In this document: one piece after another, positions 24,530 through 39,364 of the stretch
Position numbering within the stretch: the first letter of the stretch is position 1
Layout: each line of letters opens with the position of its first letter
Source of the DNA: Macrostomum lignano
Taxonomy: Eukaryota
Direction: 5' to 3'
Assembly (NCBI GenBank): GCA_002269645.1
Contig: NIVC01002616.1
Span: forward strand, 62,001 to 126,000
Length of the DNA: 64,000 bases
Program-made: the position numbers and the translations under genes
The notes under the pieces: model-generated
Database searches by the model: none
Seen by the model: the letters and a program-made list of their open reading frames with translations, nothing else
Told to the model about the DNA's origin: nothing

Positions 24530-25745
24530 ATAATATAGGACAGGCACTCACAGACACGCAGACATAGGACAGGCACTCACAGACACGCAGACATAGGACA
24601 GGCACTCACAGACACGTAGATACAGGACAGGCACTCACAGACACGCAGACATAGGACAGGCACTCACAGACACGCAGACATAGGACAGGCACTCACAGAC
24701 ACGCAGACATAGGACAGGCACTCACAGACACAGAGACATAGGACAGGCACCCACAGACACGCAGACATAGGACAGGCACTCACAGACACGCAGACATAGG
24801 ACAGGCACTCACAGACACAGAGACATAGGACAGGCACTCACAGACACGCAGACATAGGACAGGCACTCACAGACACGCAGACATAGGACAGGCACCCACA
24901 GACACGCAGACATAGGACAGGCACTCACAGACACGCAGACATAGGACAGGCACTCACAGACACAGAGACATAGGACAGGCACTCACAGACACGCAGACAT
25001 AGGACAGGCACTCACAGACACAGAGACATAGGACAGGCACTCACAGACACGCAGATATAGGACAGGCACTCACAGACACGCGGACATAGGACAGGCACTC
25101 ACAGACACAGAGACATAGGACAGGCACTCACAGACACGCAGACATAGGACAGGCACTCACAGACACAGAGACATAGGACAGGCACTCACAGACACGCAGA
25201 CATAGGACAGGCACTCACAGACACGCAGACATAGGACAGGCACTCACAGACACGCAGACATAGGACAGGCACTCACAGACACGCAGACATAGGACAGGCA
25301 CTCACAGACACGCAGACATAGGACAGGCACTCACAGACACGCAGACATAGGACAGGCACTCACAGACACGCAGACATAGGACAGGCACTCACAGACACAG
25401 AGACAGAGGACAGGCACTCACAGACACGCAGACATAGGACAGGCACTCACAGACACACAGACATAGGACAGGCACTCACAGACACGCAGACACAAGACAG
25501 GCACTCACAGACACGCGGACATAGGACAGGCACTCACAGACACAGAGACATAGGACAGGCACTCACAGACACGCAGACATAGGACAGGCACTCACAGACA
25601 CAGAGACATAGGACAGGCACTCACAGACACGCAGACATAGGACAGGCACTCACAGACAAGCGGACGTAGGACAGGCACTCAAAGACACGCAGACACAAGA
25701 CAGGCACACACAGACACAAGTCAGACACACATAGACGCAGACACA
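24530..25745. repeat. 29-bp minisatellite (CAGGCACTCACAGACACGCAGACATAGGA)
   Basis: About 41 units upstream of the RGS12 ATG. Confidence 0.95.
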
Positions 25746-26244
25746 GGACAGACAGTCACAAACACTGCAAGTAGAAACAAATAAGAAGTACAGGTTTCAG
25801 AGTGACCAAGCGGAATTATCGTTAAAAATGTATATTTCAGTAAACTTCGTTCGTTAGTAAATGGTTAAATTGCACTTTGTTATACCATTAAATAAAGGTC
25901 ATAACGTTACTATAAGTATTACTTAAGCACGGAGCAGTGAACTATAGAGCAAATACGGTGCAAAACACGCTGGTTGAATCGATCGAATAGTCAGAAAAGA
26001 AAACTACCAGAAAGATGTCAAAGACTTGTAAAGATTAACTTATTAAAAAAATTAAAATAGAAAAGCTTCAGAAAATTAGTAAAACTGTCGTTTGAAAACA
26101 AGTTATTGATTTATAATTTCTTAATTGCTATTTTCTTTTCAATTATTACACAGAATTATTATATGAGAGCAAACAAAATATTGACTATGTAAAAACTGCT
26201 CACTAATTTAATAAGTGCAAAACTTCTGGTAATATGATCTTAAG

Positions 26245-26785
26245 CTGGAGGTAGCGGCGAGAGGGTAATGAAGAGGGTAGTGAAGAGGCGAGTGGAGAGA
26301 GGGTAACGAAGAAAGGGTAGCGGAGAGGGTAGTAAAGAGAGGGTAGCAAAGAGGGTTTCGGAGAGGGTAGTGAAGAGAGGGTAGCGGAGAGAGGGTAGCG
26401 GAGAGAGGGTAGTGAAGAGAGGGTAGCGGAGAGAGGGTAGTGAAGAGAGGGTAGTGAAGAGAGGGTAGTGAAGAGGGTAGCGGAGAGAGGGTAGTGAAGA
26501 GAGGGTAGTGAAAGAGAGGGTAGTGAAGAGGGTAGCGGAGAGGGGGTAGTGAAGAGAGGGTAGCGGAGAGAGGGTAGTGAAGAGAGAGTAGTGAAGAGAG
26601 GGTAGCGGAGAGAGGGTAGCGGAGAGAGGGTACAGAAAGAGGGTAGCGAAGGGTAGCGGAAAGAGGGTAGCAAAGGCTTGAAGAGAGGGTAGCGGAGAGA
26701 GGGTAGCGGAGAGAGGGTAGCGGAGAGAGGGTAGCGGAGAGAGGGTAGCGGAGAGAGGGTAGCGAGAGGGGTAGGAGAGAGGCAA
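26245..26785. repeat. 14-bp purine-rich minisatellite (GAGAGGGTAGCGGA / GAGAGGGTAGTGAA)
   Basis: Direct inspection. Confidence 0.9.
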
Positions 26786-27194
26786 TGTATACATACGCGT
26801 ATTGCAAACAACTTAAAGTGCGTATATTCAATGTTAGAAGCAAATCGATATTTGCCTGATTCCGATGGCAACAAGTAGAAAGATTATAGGAAAAAACAGT
26901 CACAGACAAATCGAACACAAGCTTAGAATACTATTAGCGAACTAAAGCTGTAACATATTATTTAAAAACAAGGAAAGACGAAACGCGATTAAAAGGCAGT
27001 TTGGGGTGGCAACTAAGACAAACGGTTATGTGCAGGAGTTCTCAAAGAAACAATCGAAAGAAAGTGACAGCAGTTAAAAGAGAAATGCTACTGTAGTTAA
27101 CGGTGAATTTTATTTAGAATAAAAATGTATTGAGACTTCTTAGCATGTGCGACTACATCCCAACATGTTAAAACGATAGTAAAGATACACACTA

Positions 27195-27675
27195 TACAGA
27201 TGTGTACACTATCCCAACAGGGGTACACCATCCTAACAGGTGTGCACCAACATAACAGGTGTACACACTATCTCAACTGGTGTACACACTATCTCAACAG
27301 GTGTACACACTATCTCAACTGGTGTACACAATATCTCAACTGGTGTACACAATATCTCAACAGGTGTACACACTATCTCAACTGGTGTACACAATATCTC
27401 AACAGGTGTACACACTATCTCAACAGGTGTACACACTATCTCAACTGGTGTACACACTATCTCAACAGGTGTACACACTATCTCAACTGGTGTACACACT
27501 ATCTCAACAGGTGTACACACTATCTCAACAGGTGTACACACTATCTCAACTGGTGTACACACTATCTCAAAAGGTGTACACACTATCTCAACAGGTGTAC
27601 ACACTATCTCAACTGGTGTACACAATATCTCAACTGGTGTACACACTATCTCAACTGGTGTACACACTATCTCAA
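27195..27675. repeat. 21-bp minisatellite (CAACTGGTGTACACACTATCT) downstream of the PASK stop
   Basis: About 22 units. Confidence 0.95.
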
Positions 27676-27972
27676 TAGATAGTGTTCGTCATCCTAAAAG
27701 GAGTGTACACGTACATTATCAGCCCATTTCAATGTAACTTCATGTAACAAAAAATAGAATGTCGAAAACTCTCCCGATATGTATAGAAAAAATCAGTTTG
27801 TAAAGGGTGAGAAGGAAAAAAAGCGGGACGGAAACCGTATAAAAAATTGCACACGTGTTTAATAAAAGCACTAATGAGATACAGAAGGCTACACAAGTGA
27901 GATTATTAAATAGTATTGATTAAATATAAAACTGTAGGCAAATTGCAGAACAATAAGCCCTATGCTCCCACA

Positions 27973-28163
27973 CTAAGCGGCTTCATCGCTATTCTGCCGA
28001 TAATCGGAGCCAACATTGCCAGCGAACTGGCAGTTTGGGAGCACGTCTTCGAAATTGTAACAGTCGATATTGACCGGTTGGGTGGTCCACGGGTGTCGCT
28101 CGACCTCGCAGATGCCAGCGCGAAGCTTCGGATCCACCTGGAGCATCACGCGGAGCAGGCGGC
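27973..28163 (-). CDS. PASK: PAS kinase, exon 7 (kinase C-terminus)
   Basis: CTTTGCAG acceptor; RLLRVMLQVDPKLRAGICEVERHPWTTQPVNIDCYNFEDV...*; phase 1 matches the donor at 35473. Confidence 0.88.
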
Positions 28164-28340
28164 CTGCAAAGTGGGGAATAATTATAAGGTCTAGTGATAC
28201 GGATTGAAGTCTGGTGATCCAAATTTAAGTCTAAAGATCCTAACTGAAGTGTGGTGATCCCAATTGGTGTGTTGATCTCAATTAAAATGTAATGTACCCA
28301 ACGGGCCTCCAGTGTTCCCAATCGAACTCCATTGATTCTA

Positions 28341-31300
28341 ATCAATCTCTAGTGATCCCAATCAATTTCTAGTGATCCCAATCAATCTCCAGTGATCCCA
28401 ATCAATTTCTAGTGATCCCAATAAATCTCTAGTGATCCAATCAATCTCCAGTGATCCCAATCAATTTCTAGTGATCCCAATCAATCTCCAGTGATCCCAA
28501 TCAATTTCTAGTGATCCCAATCAATCTCTAGTGATCCCAATCAATCTCTAGTCATCCCAATCAATCTCTACTGATCCCAATCAATCTCCAGTGATCCCAA
28601 TCAATCTCTAGTGATCCCAATCAATCTCTAGTGATCCCAATCAATCTCTACTGATCCCAATCAATCTCTAGTGATCCCAATCAATCTCTAGTGATCCCAA
28701 TCAATTTCTAGTGATCCAATCAATCTCCAGTGATCCCAATCAATTTCTAGTGATCCCAATCAATCTCTAGTGATCCCAATCAATCTCTAGTGATCCCAAT
28801 CAATCTCTAGTGATCCCAATCAATCTCTAGTGATCCCAATCAATCTCTAGTGATCCCAATCAATCTCTAGTGATCCCAATCAATTTATAGTGATCCCAAT
28901 CGAACTCCAGTGATCCCAATCAATCTATAGTGATCCCAATCAATCTCTACTGATCCCAATCAATTTCTAGTGATCCTAATCAATTTCTAGTGATCCAATC
29001 AATCTCTAGTGATCCCAATCAATCTCTAGTCATCCCAATCAATCTCTAGTGATCCCAATCAATCTATAGTGATCCCTATCGAACTCCAGTGATCCCAATC
29101 AATCTCTAGTGATCCAATCAATTTCTAGTGATCCCAATCAATTTCTAGTGATCCCAATCAATTTCTAGTGATCCCAATCAATTTCTAGTGATCCCAATCA
29201 ATTTCTAGTGATCCCAATCAATTTCTAGTGATCCCAATCAATTTCTAGTGATCCCAATCAATCTCTAGTGATCCCAATCAATTTCTAGTGATCCCAATCA
29301 ATTTCTAGTGATCCCAATCAATCTCTAGTGATCCCAATCAATCTCTAGTGATCTCAATCAATCTACAGTGATCCCAATCAATCTGCAGAGATCCCAATCA
29401 ATCTGCAGTGATCCAATCAATCTACAGTGATCCCAATCAATCTACAGTGATCCCAATCAATCTGCAGTGATCCCAATCAATCTCTAGTGATCCAATCAAT
29501 CTCCAGTGATCCCAATCAATTTCTAGTGATCCCAATCAATCTCCAGTGATCCCAATCAATCTCTAGTGATCCCAATCAATTTCTAGTGATCCCAATCAAT
29601 CTCTAGTGATCCCAATCAATTTCTAGTGATCCCAATCAATCTCTAGTGATCCCAATCAATTTTTAGTGATCCCAATCAATCTCTAGTGATCCCAATCAAT
29701 TTCTAGTGATCCCAATCAATTTCTAGTGATCCCAATCAATTTCTAGTGATCCCAATCAATTTCTAGTGATCCCAATCAATCTCTAGTGATCCCAATCAAT
29801 TTCTAGTGATCCCAATCAATTTCTAGTGATCCCAATCAATCTCTAGTGATCCCAATCAATCTCTAGTGATCTCAATCAATCTACAGTGATCCCAATCAAT
29901 CTGCAGAGATCCCAATCAATCTGCAGTGATCCCAATCAATCTACAGTGATCCCAATCAATCTGCAGTGATCCCAATCAATCTCTAGTGATCCAATCAATC
30001 TCCAGTGATCCCAATCAATTTCTAGTGATCCCAATCAATCTCCAGTGATCCCAATCAATTTCTTGTGATCCCAATCAATCTCTAGTGATCCCAATCAATC
30101 TCTAGTGATCCCAATCAATCTCTAGTGATCTCAATCAATCTGCAGTGATCCCAATCAATCTCTAGTGATCCAATCAATCTCCAGTGATCCCAATCAATTT
30201 CTAGTGATCCCAATCAATCTCCAGTGATCCCAATCAATTTCTAGTGATCCCAATCAATTTCTAGTGATCCCAATCAATCTCTAGTGATCCCAATCAATCT
30301 CTAGTGATCTCAATCAATCTACAGTGATCCCAATCAATCTGCAGAGATCCCAATCAATCTGCAGTGATTCCAATCAATCTACAGTGATCCCAATCAATCT
30401 ACAGTGATCCCAATCAATCTGCAGTGATCCCAATCAATCTCTAGTGATCCAATCAATCTCCAGTGATCCCAATCAATTTCTAGTGATCCCAATCAATCTC
30501 CAGTGATCCCAATCAATTTCTTGTGATCCCAATCAATCTCTAGTGATCCCAATCAATCTCTAGTGATCCCAATCAATCTCTAGTGATCTCAATCAATCTA
30601 CAGTGATCCCAATCAATCTGCAGAGATCCCAATCAATCTGCAGTGATCCCAATCAATCTACAGTGATCCCAATCAATCTACAGTGATCCCAATCAATCTG
30701 CAGTGATCCCAATCAATCTCTAGTGATCCAATCAATCTCCAGTGATCCCAATCAATTTCTAGTGATCCCAATCAATCTCCAGTGATCCCAATCAATTTCT
30801 TGTGATCCCAATCAATCTCTAGTGATCCCAATCAATCTCTAGTCATCCCAATCAATCTCTACTGATCCCAATCAATCTCCAGTGATCCCAATCAATCTCT
30901 AGTGATCCCAATCAATCTCTAGTGATCCCAATCAATCTCTACTGATCCCAATCAATCTCTAGTGATCCCAATCAATCTCTAGTGATCCCAATCAATTTCT
31001 AGTGATCCAATCAATCTCCAGTGATCCCAATCAATCTCTAGTGATCCCAATCAATCTCTAGTGATCCCAATCAATCTCTACTGATCCCAATCAATCTCTA
31101 GTGATCCCAATCAATCTCTAGTGATCCCAATCAATTTCTAGTGATCCAATCAATCTCCAGTGATCCCAATCAATTTCTAGTGATCCCAATCAATCTTTAG
31201 TGATCCCAATCAATCTCTAGTCATCCCAATCAATCTCTACTGATCCCAATCAATCTCCAGTGATCCCAATCAATCTACAGTGATCCCAATCAATCTGCAG

Positions 31301-34300
31301 TGATCCCAATCAATCTCTAGTGATCCAATCAATCTCCAGTGATCCCAATCAATTTCTAGTGATCCCAATCAATCTCCAGTGATCCCAATCAATCTCCAGT
31401 GATCCCAATCAATTTCTAGTGATCCCAATCAATCTCTAGTGATCCCAATCAATCTCTAGTGATCCCAATCAATCTCTAGTGATCCCAATCAATCTCTAGT
31501 GATCCCAATCAATCTCTAGTGATCCCAATCAATCTCTAGTGATCCCAATCAATCTATAGTGATCCCTATCGAACTCCAGTGATCCCAATCAATCTATAGT
31601 GATCCCAATCAATTTCTAGTGATCCAATCAATCTCTAGTGATCCAATCAATCTCTAGTGATCCCAATCAATCTCTACTGATCCCAATCAATCTCTAGTGA
31701 TCCCAATCAATCTCTAGTGATCCCAATCAATTTCTAGTGATCCAATCAATCTCCAGTGATCCCAATCAATTTCTAGTGATCCCAATCAATCTCTAGTGAT
31801 CCCAATCAATCTCTAGTGATCCCAATCAATCTCTAGTGATCCCAATCAATCTCTAGTGATCCCAATCAATCTCTAGTGATCCCAATCAATTTATAGTGAT
31901 CCCAATCGAACTCCAGTGATCCCAATCAATCTATAGTGATCCCAATCAATCTCTACTGATCCCAATCAATTTCTAGTGATCCTAATCAATTTCTAGTGAT
32001 CCAATCAATCTCTAGTGATCCCAATCAATCTCTAGTCATCCCAATCAATCTCTAGTGATCCCAATCAATCTATAGTGATCCCTATCGAACTCCAGTGATC
32101 CCAATCAATCTCTAGTGATCCCAATCAATTTCTAGTGATCCCAATCAATTTCTAGTGATCCCAATCAATTTCTAGTGATCCCAATCAATTTCTAGTGATC
32201 CCAATCAATTTCTAGTGATCCCAATCAATTTCTAGTGATCCCAATCAATTTCTAGTGATCCCAATCAATCTCTAGTGATCCCAATCAATTTCTAGTGATC
32301 CCAATCAATTTCTAGTGATCCCAATCAATCTCTAGTGATCCCAATCAATCTCTAGTGATCTCAATCAATCTACAGTGATCCCAATCAATCTGCAGAGATC
32401 CCAATCAATCTGCAGTGATCCCAATCAATCTACAGTGATCCCAATCAATCTACAGTGATCCCAATCAATCTGCAGTGATCCCAATCAATCTCTAGTGATC
32501 CAATCAATCTCCAGTGATCCCAATCAATTTCTAGTGATCCCAATCAATCTCCAGTGATCCCAATCAATCTCTAGTGATCCCAATCAATTTCTAGTGATCC
32601 CAATCAATCTCTAGTGATCCCAATCAATTTCTAGTGATCCCAATCAATCTCTAGTGATCCCAATCAATTTTTAGTGATCCCAATCAATCTCTAGTGATCC
32701 CAATCAATTTCTAGTGATCCCAATCAATTTCTAGTGATCCCAATCAATTTCTAGTGATCCCAATCAATTTCTAGTGATCCCAATCAATCTCTAGTGATCC
32801 CAATCAATTTCTAGTGATCCCAATCAATTTCTAGTGATCCCAATCAATCTCTAGTGATCCCAATCAATCTCTAGTGATCTCAATCAATCTACAGTGATCC
32901 CAATCAATCTGCAGAGATCCCAATCAATCTGCAGTGATCCCAATCAATCTACAGTGATCCCAATCAATCTGCAGTGATCCCAATCAATCTCTAGTGATCC
33001 AATCAATCTCCAGTGATCCCAATCAATTTCTAGTGATCCCAATCAATCTCCAGTGATCCCAATCAATTTCTTGTGATCCCAATCAATCTCTAGTGATCCC
33101 AATCAATCTCTAGTGATCCCAATCAATCTCTAGTGATCTCAATCAATCTGCAGTGATCCCAATCAATCTCTAGTGATCCAATCAATCTCCAGTGATCCCA
33201 ATCAATTTCTAGTGATCCCAATCAATCTCCAGTGATCCCAATCAATTTCTAGTGATCCCAATCAATTTCTAGTGATCCCAATCAATCTCTAGTGATCCCA
33301 ATCAATCTCTAGTGATCTCAATCAATCTACAGTGATCCCAATCAATCTGCAGAGATCCCAATCAATCTGCAGTGATTCCAATCAATCTACAGTGATCCCA
33401 ATCAATCTACAGTGATCCCAATCAATCTGCAGTGATCCCAATCAATCTCTAGTGATCCAATCAATCTCCAGTGATCCCAATCAATTTCTAGTGATCCCAA
33501 TCAATCTCCAGTGATCCCAATCAATTTCTTGTGATCCCAATCAATCTCTAGTGATCCCAATCAATCTCTAGTGATCCCAATCAATCTCTAGTGATCTCAA
33601 TCAATCTACAGTGATCCCAATCAATCTGCAGAGATCCCAATCAATCTGCAGTGATCCCAATCAATCTACAGTGATCCCAATCAATCTACAGTGATCCCAA
33701 TCAATCTGCAGTGATCCCAATCAATCTCTAGTGATCCAATCAATCTCCAGTGATCCCAATCAATTTCTAGTGATCCCAATCAATCTCCAGTGATCCCAAT
33801 CAATTTCTTGTGATCCCAATCAATCTCTAGTGATCCCAATCAATCTCTAGTCATCCCAATCAATCTCTACTGATCCCAATCAATCTCCAGTGATCCCAAT
33901 CAATCTCTAGTGATCCCAATCAATCTCTAGTGATCCCAATCAATCTCTACTGATCCCAATCAATCTCTAGTGATCCCAATCAATCTCTAGTGATCCCAAT
34001 CAATTTCTAGTGATCCAATCAATCTCCAGTGATCCCAATCAATCTCTAGTGATCCCAATCAATCTCTAGTGATCCCAATCAATCTCTACTGATCCCAATC
34101 AATCTCTAGTGATCCCAATCAATCTCTAGTGATCCCAATCAATTTCTAGTGATCCAATCAATCTCCAGTGATCCCAATCAATTTCTAGTGATCCCAATCA
34201 ATCTTTAGTGATCCCAATCAATCTCTAGTCATCCCAATCAATCTCTACTGATCCCAATCAATCTCCAGTGATCCCAATCAATCTACAGTGATCCCAATCA

Positions 34301-35440
34301 ATCTGCAGTGATCCCAATCAATCTCTAGTGATCCAATCAATCTCCAGTGATCCCAATCAATTTCTAGTGATCCCAATCAATCTCCAGTGATCCCAATCAA
34401 TCTCCAGTGATCCCAATCAATTTCTAGTGATCCCAATCAATCTCTAGTGATCCCAATCAATCTCTAGTGATCCCAATCAATCTCTAGTGATCCCAATCAA
34501 TCTCTAGTGATCCCAATCAATCTCTAGTGATCCCAATCAATCTCTAGTGATCCCAATCAATCTCTAGTGATCCCAATCAATCTATAGTGATCCCTATCGA
34601 ACTCCAGTGATCCCAATCAATCTATAGTGATCCCAATCAATTTCTAGTGATCCAATCAATCTCTAGTGATCCAATCAATCTCTAGTGATCCCAATCAATC
34701 TCTAGTGATCCAAATCAATCTCTAGTGATCCCAATCAATCTATAGTGATCCCAATCGAACTCCAGTGATCCCAATCAATCTATAGTGATCCCAATCAATC
34801 TCTAGTGATCCCAATCAATCTATAGTGATCCCAATCGAACTCCAGTGATCCCAATCAATCTATAGTGATCCCAATCAAACTCCAGTGATCCTAATAAATC
34901 TCCAGTGATCCCAATCAATCTATAGTGATCCCAATCGAACTCCAGTGATCCCAATCAATCTATAGTGATCCCAATCAAACTCCAGTGATCCTAATAAATC
35001 TCCAGTGATCCCAATCAATCCCAGTGATCCCAATCAAACTCCAGTGATCCTAATAAATCTCCAGTGATCCCAATCAATCTGCAGTGATCCCAATCAATCC
35101 CAGTGATCCCAATCAATCTGCAGTGATCCCAATCAATCTCTAGTGATCCCAATCAATCTCCAGTGATCCCAATCAATCTCCAGTGCTCACAATCAATCTC
35201 CAGTGATCCCAATCAATCTCCAGTGCTCACAATCAATCTCCAGTGATCCCAATCAATCTCCAGTGCTCACAATCAATCTGCAGTGATCCCAATCAATCTC
35301 TAGTGATCCCAATCAATCTCCAGTGATCCCAATCAATCTCCAGTGCTCACAATCAATCTGCAGTGATCCCAATCAATCTCCAGTGCTCACAATCAGTCTC
35401 CAGTGATCCCAATCAATCTACACTGATCCCAATCAAACTC
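28341..35440. repeat. 7.1-kb 20-bp satellite (GATCCCAATCAATCTCTAGT) with ~3.0-kb higher-order duplication in the last PASK intron
   Basis: About 350 units; rare variants recur at offsets of 3006-3028 bp. Confidence 0.97.
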
Positions 35441-35473
35441 AAACCTAAATGGCAAGTAATACTGCACACGCAC

Positions 35474-35994
35474 TAAGCTGAGGAGACGGTTTCCACTGCG
35501 GTTTGAGCACGCCAGCAAGAGTCTCGTCCACGTCAAAGAATGGATTTTCTCCAAACACCAGAGTGTACAGAGTAACGCCCAGACTCCAAACGTCCGCTTC
35601 AGGCCCAAAATAGGGATGTCCCTGCAGAATCTCTGGCGCGCAGTATTCCATAGTGCCGCAGAACACCGAGAACGGTCTGTCTGGCGAGACAAAAGCCGCG
35701 GCGCCGAAATCGATCAGCATCAGGCAGAATCGCTCGTCTAAGATGACGTTCTCGTCTTTGAGATCGCGATGAGCAATGCCGCGAGAGTGCAGATAGGCTA
35801 CGGCCGAGGCCATCTGCCTGAACATGTAGCTGGCTAGGGGCTCGTCTAAGCTGGGATTGCGATCGATGAACTCGAATAGGTCCATGCCGAGGCCGTGCCG
35901 GGGCATCACCAGCTCGTAGTAGCGACGGCTTTCCAGTGCGTCTAGTAGGGGCACGATGTTGAGGTGGCTGACCGACTGCAGGATAGCCGCCTCC
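35474..35994 (-). CDS. PASK: PAS kinase, exon 6 (catalytic core)
   Basis: GMDLFEFIDRNPSLDEPLASYMFRQ...HRDLKDENVIL...IDFG...FCGTMEYCAPE. Confidence 0.96.
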
Positions 35995-36059
35995 CTGCGT
36001 TACAGCGGCGGATTGATCAAGTAACAGGCTTATTATAGGGGCTGACCTGTGGCCTAGAT

Positions 36060-36600
<541 letters not shown>

Positions 36601-36610
36601 GAAGCCTCAC

Positions 36611-36947
36611 CTAGGCACGAGTCCGCCGCCCAGACTCTCCGGCCGCTCCATCAGTTGGTGAGCGGCAAGCTTAGATTTGCGCACAAATTTCACAACAACC
36701 TGAGCTCCATCGGAGCGCCGTACGGCGGCTTTAACGTAGCCGTAGGCGCCGCGGCCCAGGTGAAGCGTCACCTCGTAGCGGGAGGACAGCTCGTTTTCGG
36801 CTTCGGCTTCAGCTTCCGCCTCATCGTCGGGTGATTGAGCAGTGGCGGCGGCGTCGGTTGAAGCGACAGACTCGTTCACTTCGGCAGCGGCTGCTTGTGG
36901 CGATTTGCTAATAATAGAAGCTTCTCCTTCATCAACCGGTTTGGAGG
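36611..36947 (-). CDS. PASK: PAS kinase, exon 5 (kinase N-lobe)
   Basis: YEVTLHLGRGAYGYVKAA...VVVKFVRK; GTGAGG donor; an alternative in-phase acceptor exists near 37014. Confidence 0.88.
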
Positions 36948-37024
36948 CTGAATTTGGGTAAAATATTGAGTCTACATTGGTGGAAAAAGAGTTGGCATTA
37001 CATTTCAGTGTCGCTAAGACCACT

Positions 37025-37305
37025 AGACCAGAAACCAGTAAACCAGTAAACTAGTAAACCAGTAAACTAGTAAACCAGTAAACTAGTAAACCAGTACACC
37101 AGTAAACCATAAAACCAGTAAACTAGTAAACCGGTAAACTAGTAAACCAGTAAACTAGCAAACGAGTAAGCAAACTAGTAAACTAGAAAACCAGTAAACT
37201 AGTAAACCAGTAAACTAGCAAACGAGTAAACTAGCAAACGAGTAAACTAGCAAACGAGTAAACTAGTCAACCAGTAAACTAGCAAACAGTAAACCAGTAA
37301 ACCCA
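37025..37305. repeat. 9-bp repeat (AAACCAGTA / AAACTAGTA) in PASK intron 4
   Basis: Direct inspection. Confidence 0.92.
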
Positions 37306-37369
37306 CCATAGTCAAGTTTATCACTACCACTAGGTAGCCAAATTAGTATTCTTTTAATAACCTTCGCAC

Positions 37370-37709
37370 CTCGTTGGATCGAGTCTTCAATCCCTTCCCC
37401 GTCATCGCATCCATCGTCGCTGATGCTAGCAGCTTGCTCAGGCCAATCGTCGCCCTGTCTAGACAGCCAGACACAGAGCAATCGCCTACCGCCAGTCAGC
37501 TCAATACGTTTCAAATGATAAGCCACTGGCACTGCGGTACCGGAACTGTGCAGTGCCTCCCCTGTGTAGCTGCCCGAGCCTGCAGCTACCAATGCCGGGC
37601 AGTGGCGGGCTGAGAAGCCCGGCAACACTGAATCGATTGGCTCGCCTACTAATCGCTTGGCCGATTGGCCTAGCAACAGCTTGGCTAGCAACGGGTGAAC
37701 GCTGTGCAC
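37370..37709 (-). CDS. PASK: PAS kinase, exon 4 (PAS-like)
   Basis: CCGCAG acceptor, GAG/GTGCGA donor; VHPLLAKLLLGQSAKRLVGEPIDSVLP...LLCVWLSR. Confidence 0.8.
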
Positions 37710-37774
37710 CTGCGGAGTTGTTGGCAAACATTTTTATCAATTCGTGTCGGATGGATTTTATTTGTTGGTTATGA

Positions 37775-37945
37775 GCGATTCTTGAATGGTTTATGGGCGA
37801 TTCTTGGAATGGTTTATGGGCGATTCTTGGAATGGTTTATGGGCGATTCTTGGAATGGTTTATGGGCGATTCTTGGAATGGTTTATGGGCGATTCTTGGA
37901 ATGGTTTATGGGCAATTCTTGATCAGTTATGGGCGATAATTGAGG
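37775..37945. repeat. 23-bp minisatellite (TGGGCGATTCTTGGAATGGTTTA) in PASK intron 3
   Basis: About 7 units. Confidence 0.9.
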
Positions 37946-38068
37946 TGTTTTATGGGCAATTTTCCAAATGTCTAATTAGGTATTCTTAGAAAGTTTAACA
38001 ACAGGACTTCAATAAGATTGCATAAGAATTGAAGAAAAAACCAAACTGTTAGCAGCCAATAAACCTAC

Positions 38069-38443
38069 TGTCAATGCCGATTCGCCATCATCCGCAGCAT
38101 CCTCGGCCACCGTCATCAAGCCCGACATGTTGCAATAGAATGTGAGCGTGGCGATCAGGCTGCCCGGCTCCGACCTGTCAACCCGCACCGAACACGGATG
38201 ATCGCAGCCGGCCGCCAACACCGACGCGGCAAACGTGGCGCTGGTTTCGCCTTTAGGCGGCGGCCGGCAGCCAGGCAGTAAATTGAATAGCGGCCGGCCA
38301 GTTGTGTCCGGGGGCAGCAGGCGGGCGGCCGGGCCAGTAGGCGGGCTGGTCACGATGCCGTCTGAGTCAGCGGTCAGACAAGCGACTACGCAGTGCACGG
38401 GTTCGAGGATCACCAGTGCGCTGGCGTCGCTTGGGGAGACGGA
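38069..38443 (-). CDS. PASK: PAS kinase, exon 3
   Basis: ALVILEPV and NMSGLMTV resemble the PASK VLEPV and ISGLIT motifs; phase 0 at both ends. Confidence 0.8.
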
Positions 38444-38459
38444 CTGGGTATTGGAGGAT

Positions 38460-38900
38460 TGAGGGGGGGGTGAGATGAGTGCTTAATATTTGTAAGGACT
38501 GAATATAGGGGGAGAGAATGCTCAAGAGAAGGAGAGTGTGGAAATGAGAGGGGAGGAGGAGAAGAGGGAGTGGAAAATTAAAGGGCGATAAAAAGAGAAG
38601 CGGGCAGAGAGATAGAAAAAGGAAGCGGGAGAAAAGAGAAGGGGGAAGGGTGGGTAGGGAGAGGGAAAGGAAAGACAGGGAAGTAGAGGTAGAGAGGGTA
38701 GAGAGGGGCAAGGGAGGGTGAGAGGGACATAGAGGGGAGAGAGAGGGAGAAAGAGGAGAGGGAGATAAGAGACGAGAAGGGGAGAGGGAGAATGCAGGAA
38801 GAGAGAGGAAGTAATAAAGGAAGAGGGGTAAATGGATAGAGTAGTAGAGACAGAGTAGAGGGGAGACAGAGGGTAAAGGGAAGGGAGTATAGAAAATAGG
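38460..38900. repeat. Purine-rich (GA) low-complexity tract in PASK intron 2
   Basis: Almost entirely A/G on the + strand. Confidence 0.85.
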
Positions 38901-39065
38901 TCACTACTAACTAATTTCGAGTATAAAATATTCTAATAAACTCAATAAACTTTGCAAGCCATCACTGTCCTCAGGCAGTAATTAGGCAGACAGCAGGTGA
39001 GTAAGCAGGTCAGCAGTAACCAGGTGAGCTTAAATAACTACTCAAACTAATTACTAGCTGCATAC

Positions 39066-39341
39066 CTTGGCCCACACACTAACTGGCTGGCCAGTGCTCC
39101 TACACTCGAACAGTTTCCCATTGAGTGGCACAGCTTCTCCTGCCACATCAATAGCCGTCTCTGGCACGCTGGCCACAGAAGATTCGCCACCTCCGCGTCG
39201 ACCAATCAGCGACAAGAGCCGCCGGCCAATCAGAGCTTCGGTCTGGCAGTCGTTGAACAATTGGCCAAATACAGTGTTGGCCGTCAGAATGCGAGTTGTG
39301 CGCCTGTCTATGGTGCAGATCGCCTTGGCCGGGCTGCGGGC
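39066..39341 (-). CDS. PASK: PAS kinase, exon 2 (PAS-A domain)
   Basis: SPAKAICTIDRRTTRILTAN...LIGRRL matches the PASK NPNKAIFTVD..TTEILVAN pattern. Confidence 0.88.
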
Positions 39342-39364
39342 CTGCGGGAGGTTGCCGTTGACAT

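Noticed and set aside
28341-35440. Regular short repeats resembling a CRISPR array
   Set aside because: Head-to-tail units with no unique spacers, no cas genes, and a eukaryotic intron context
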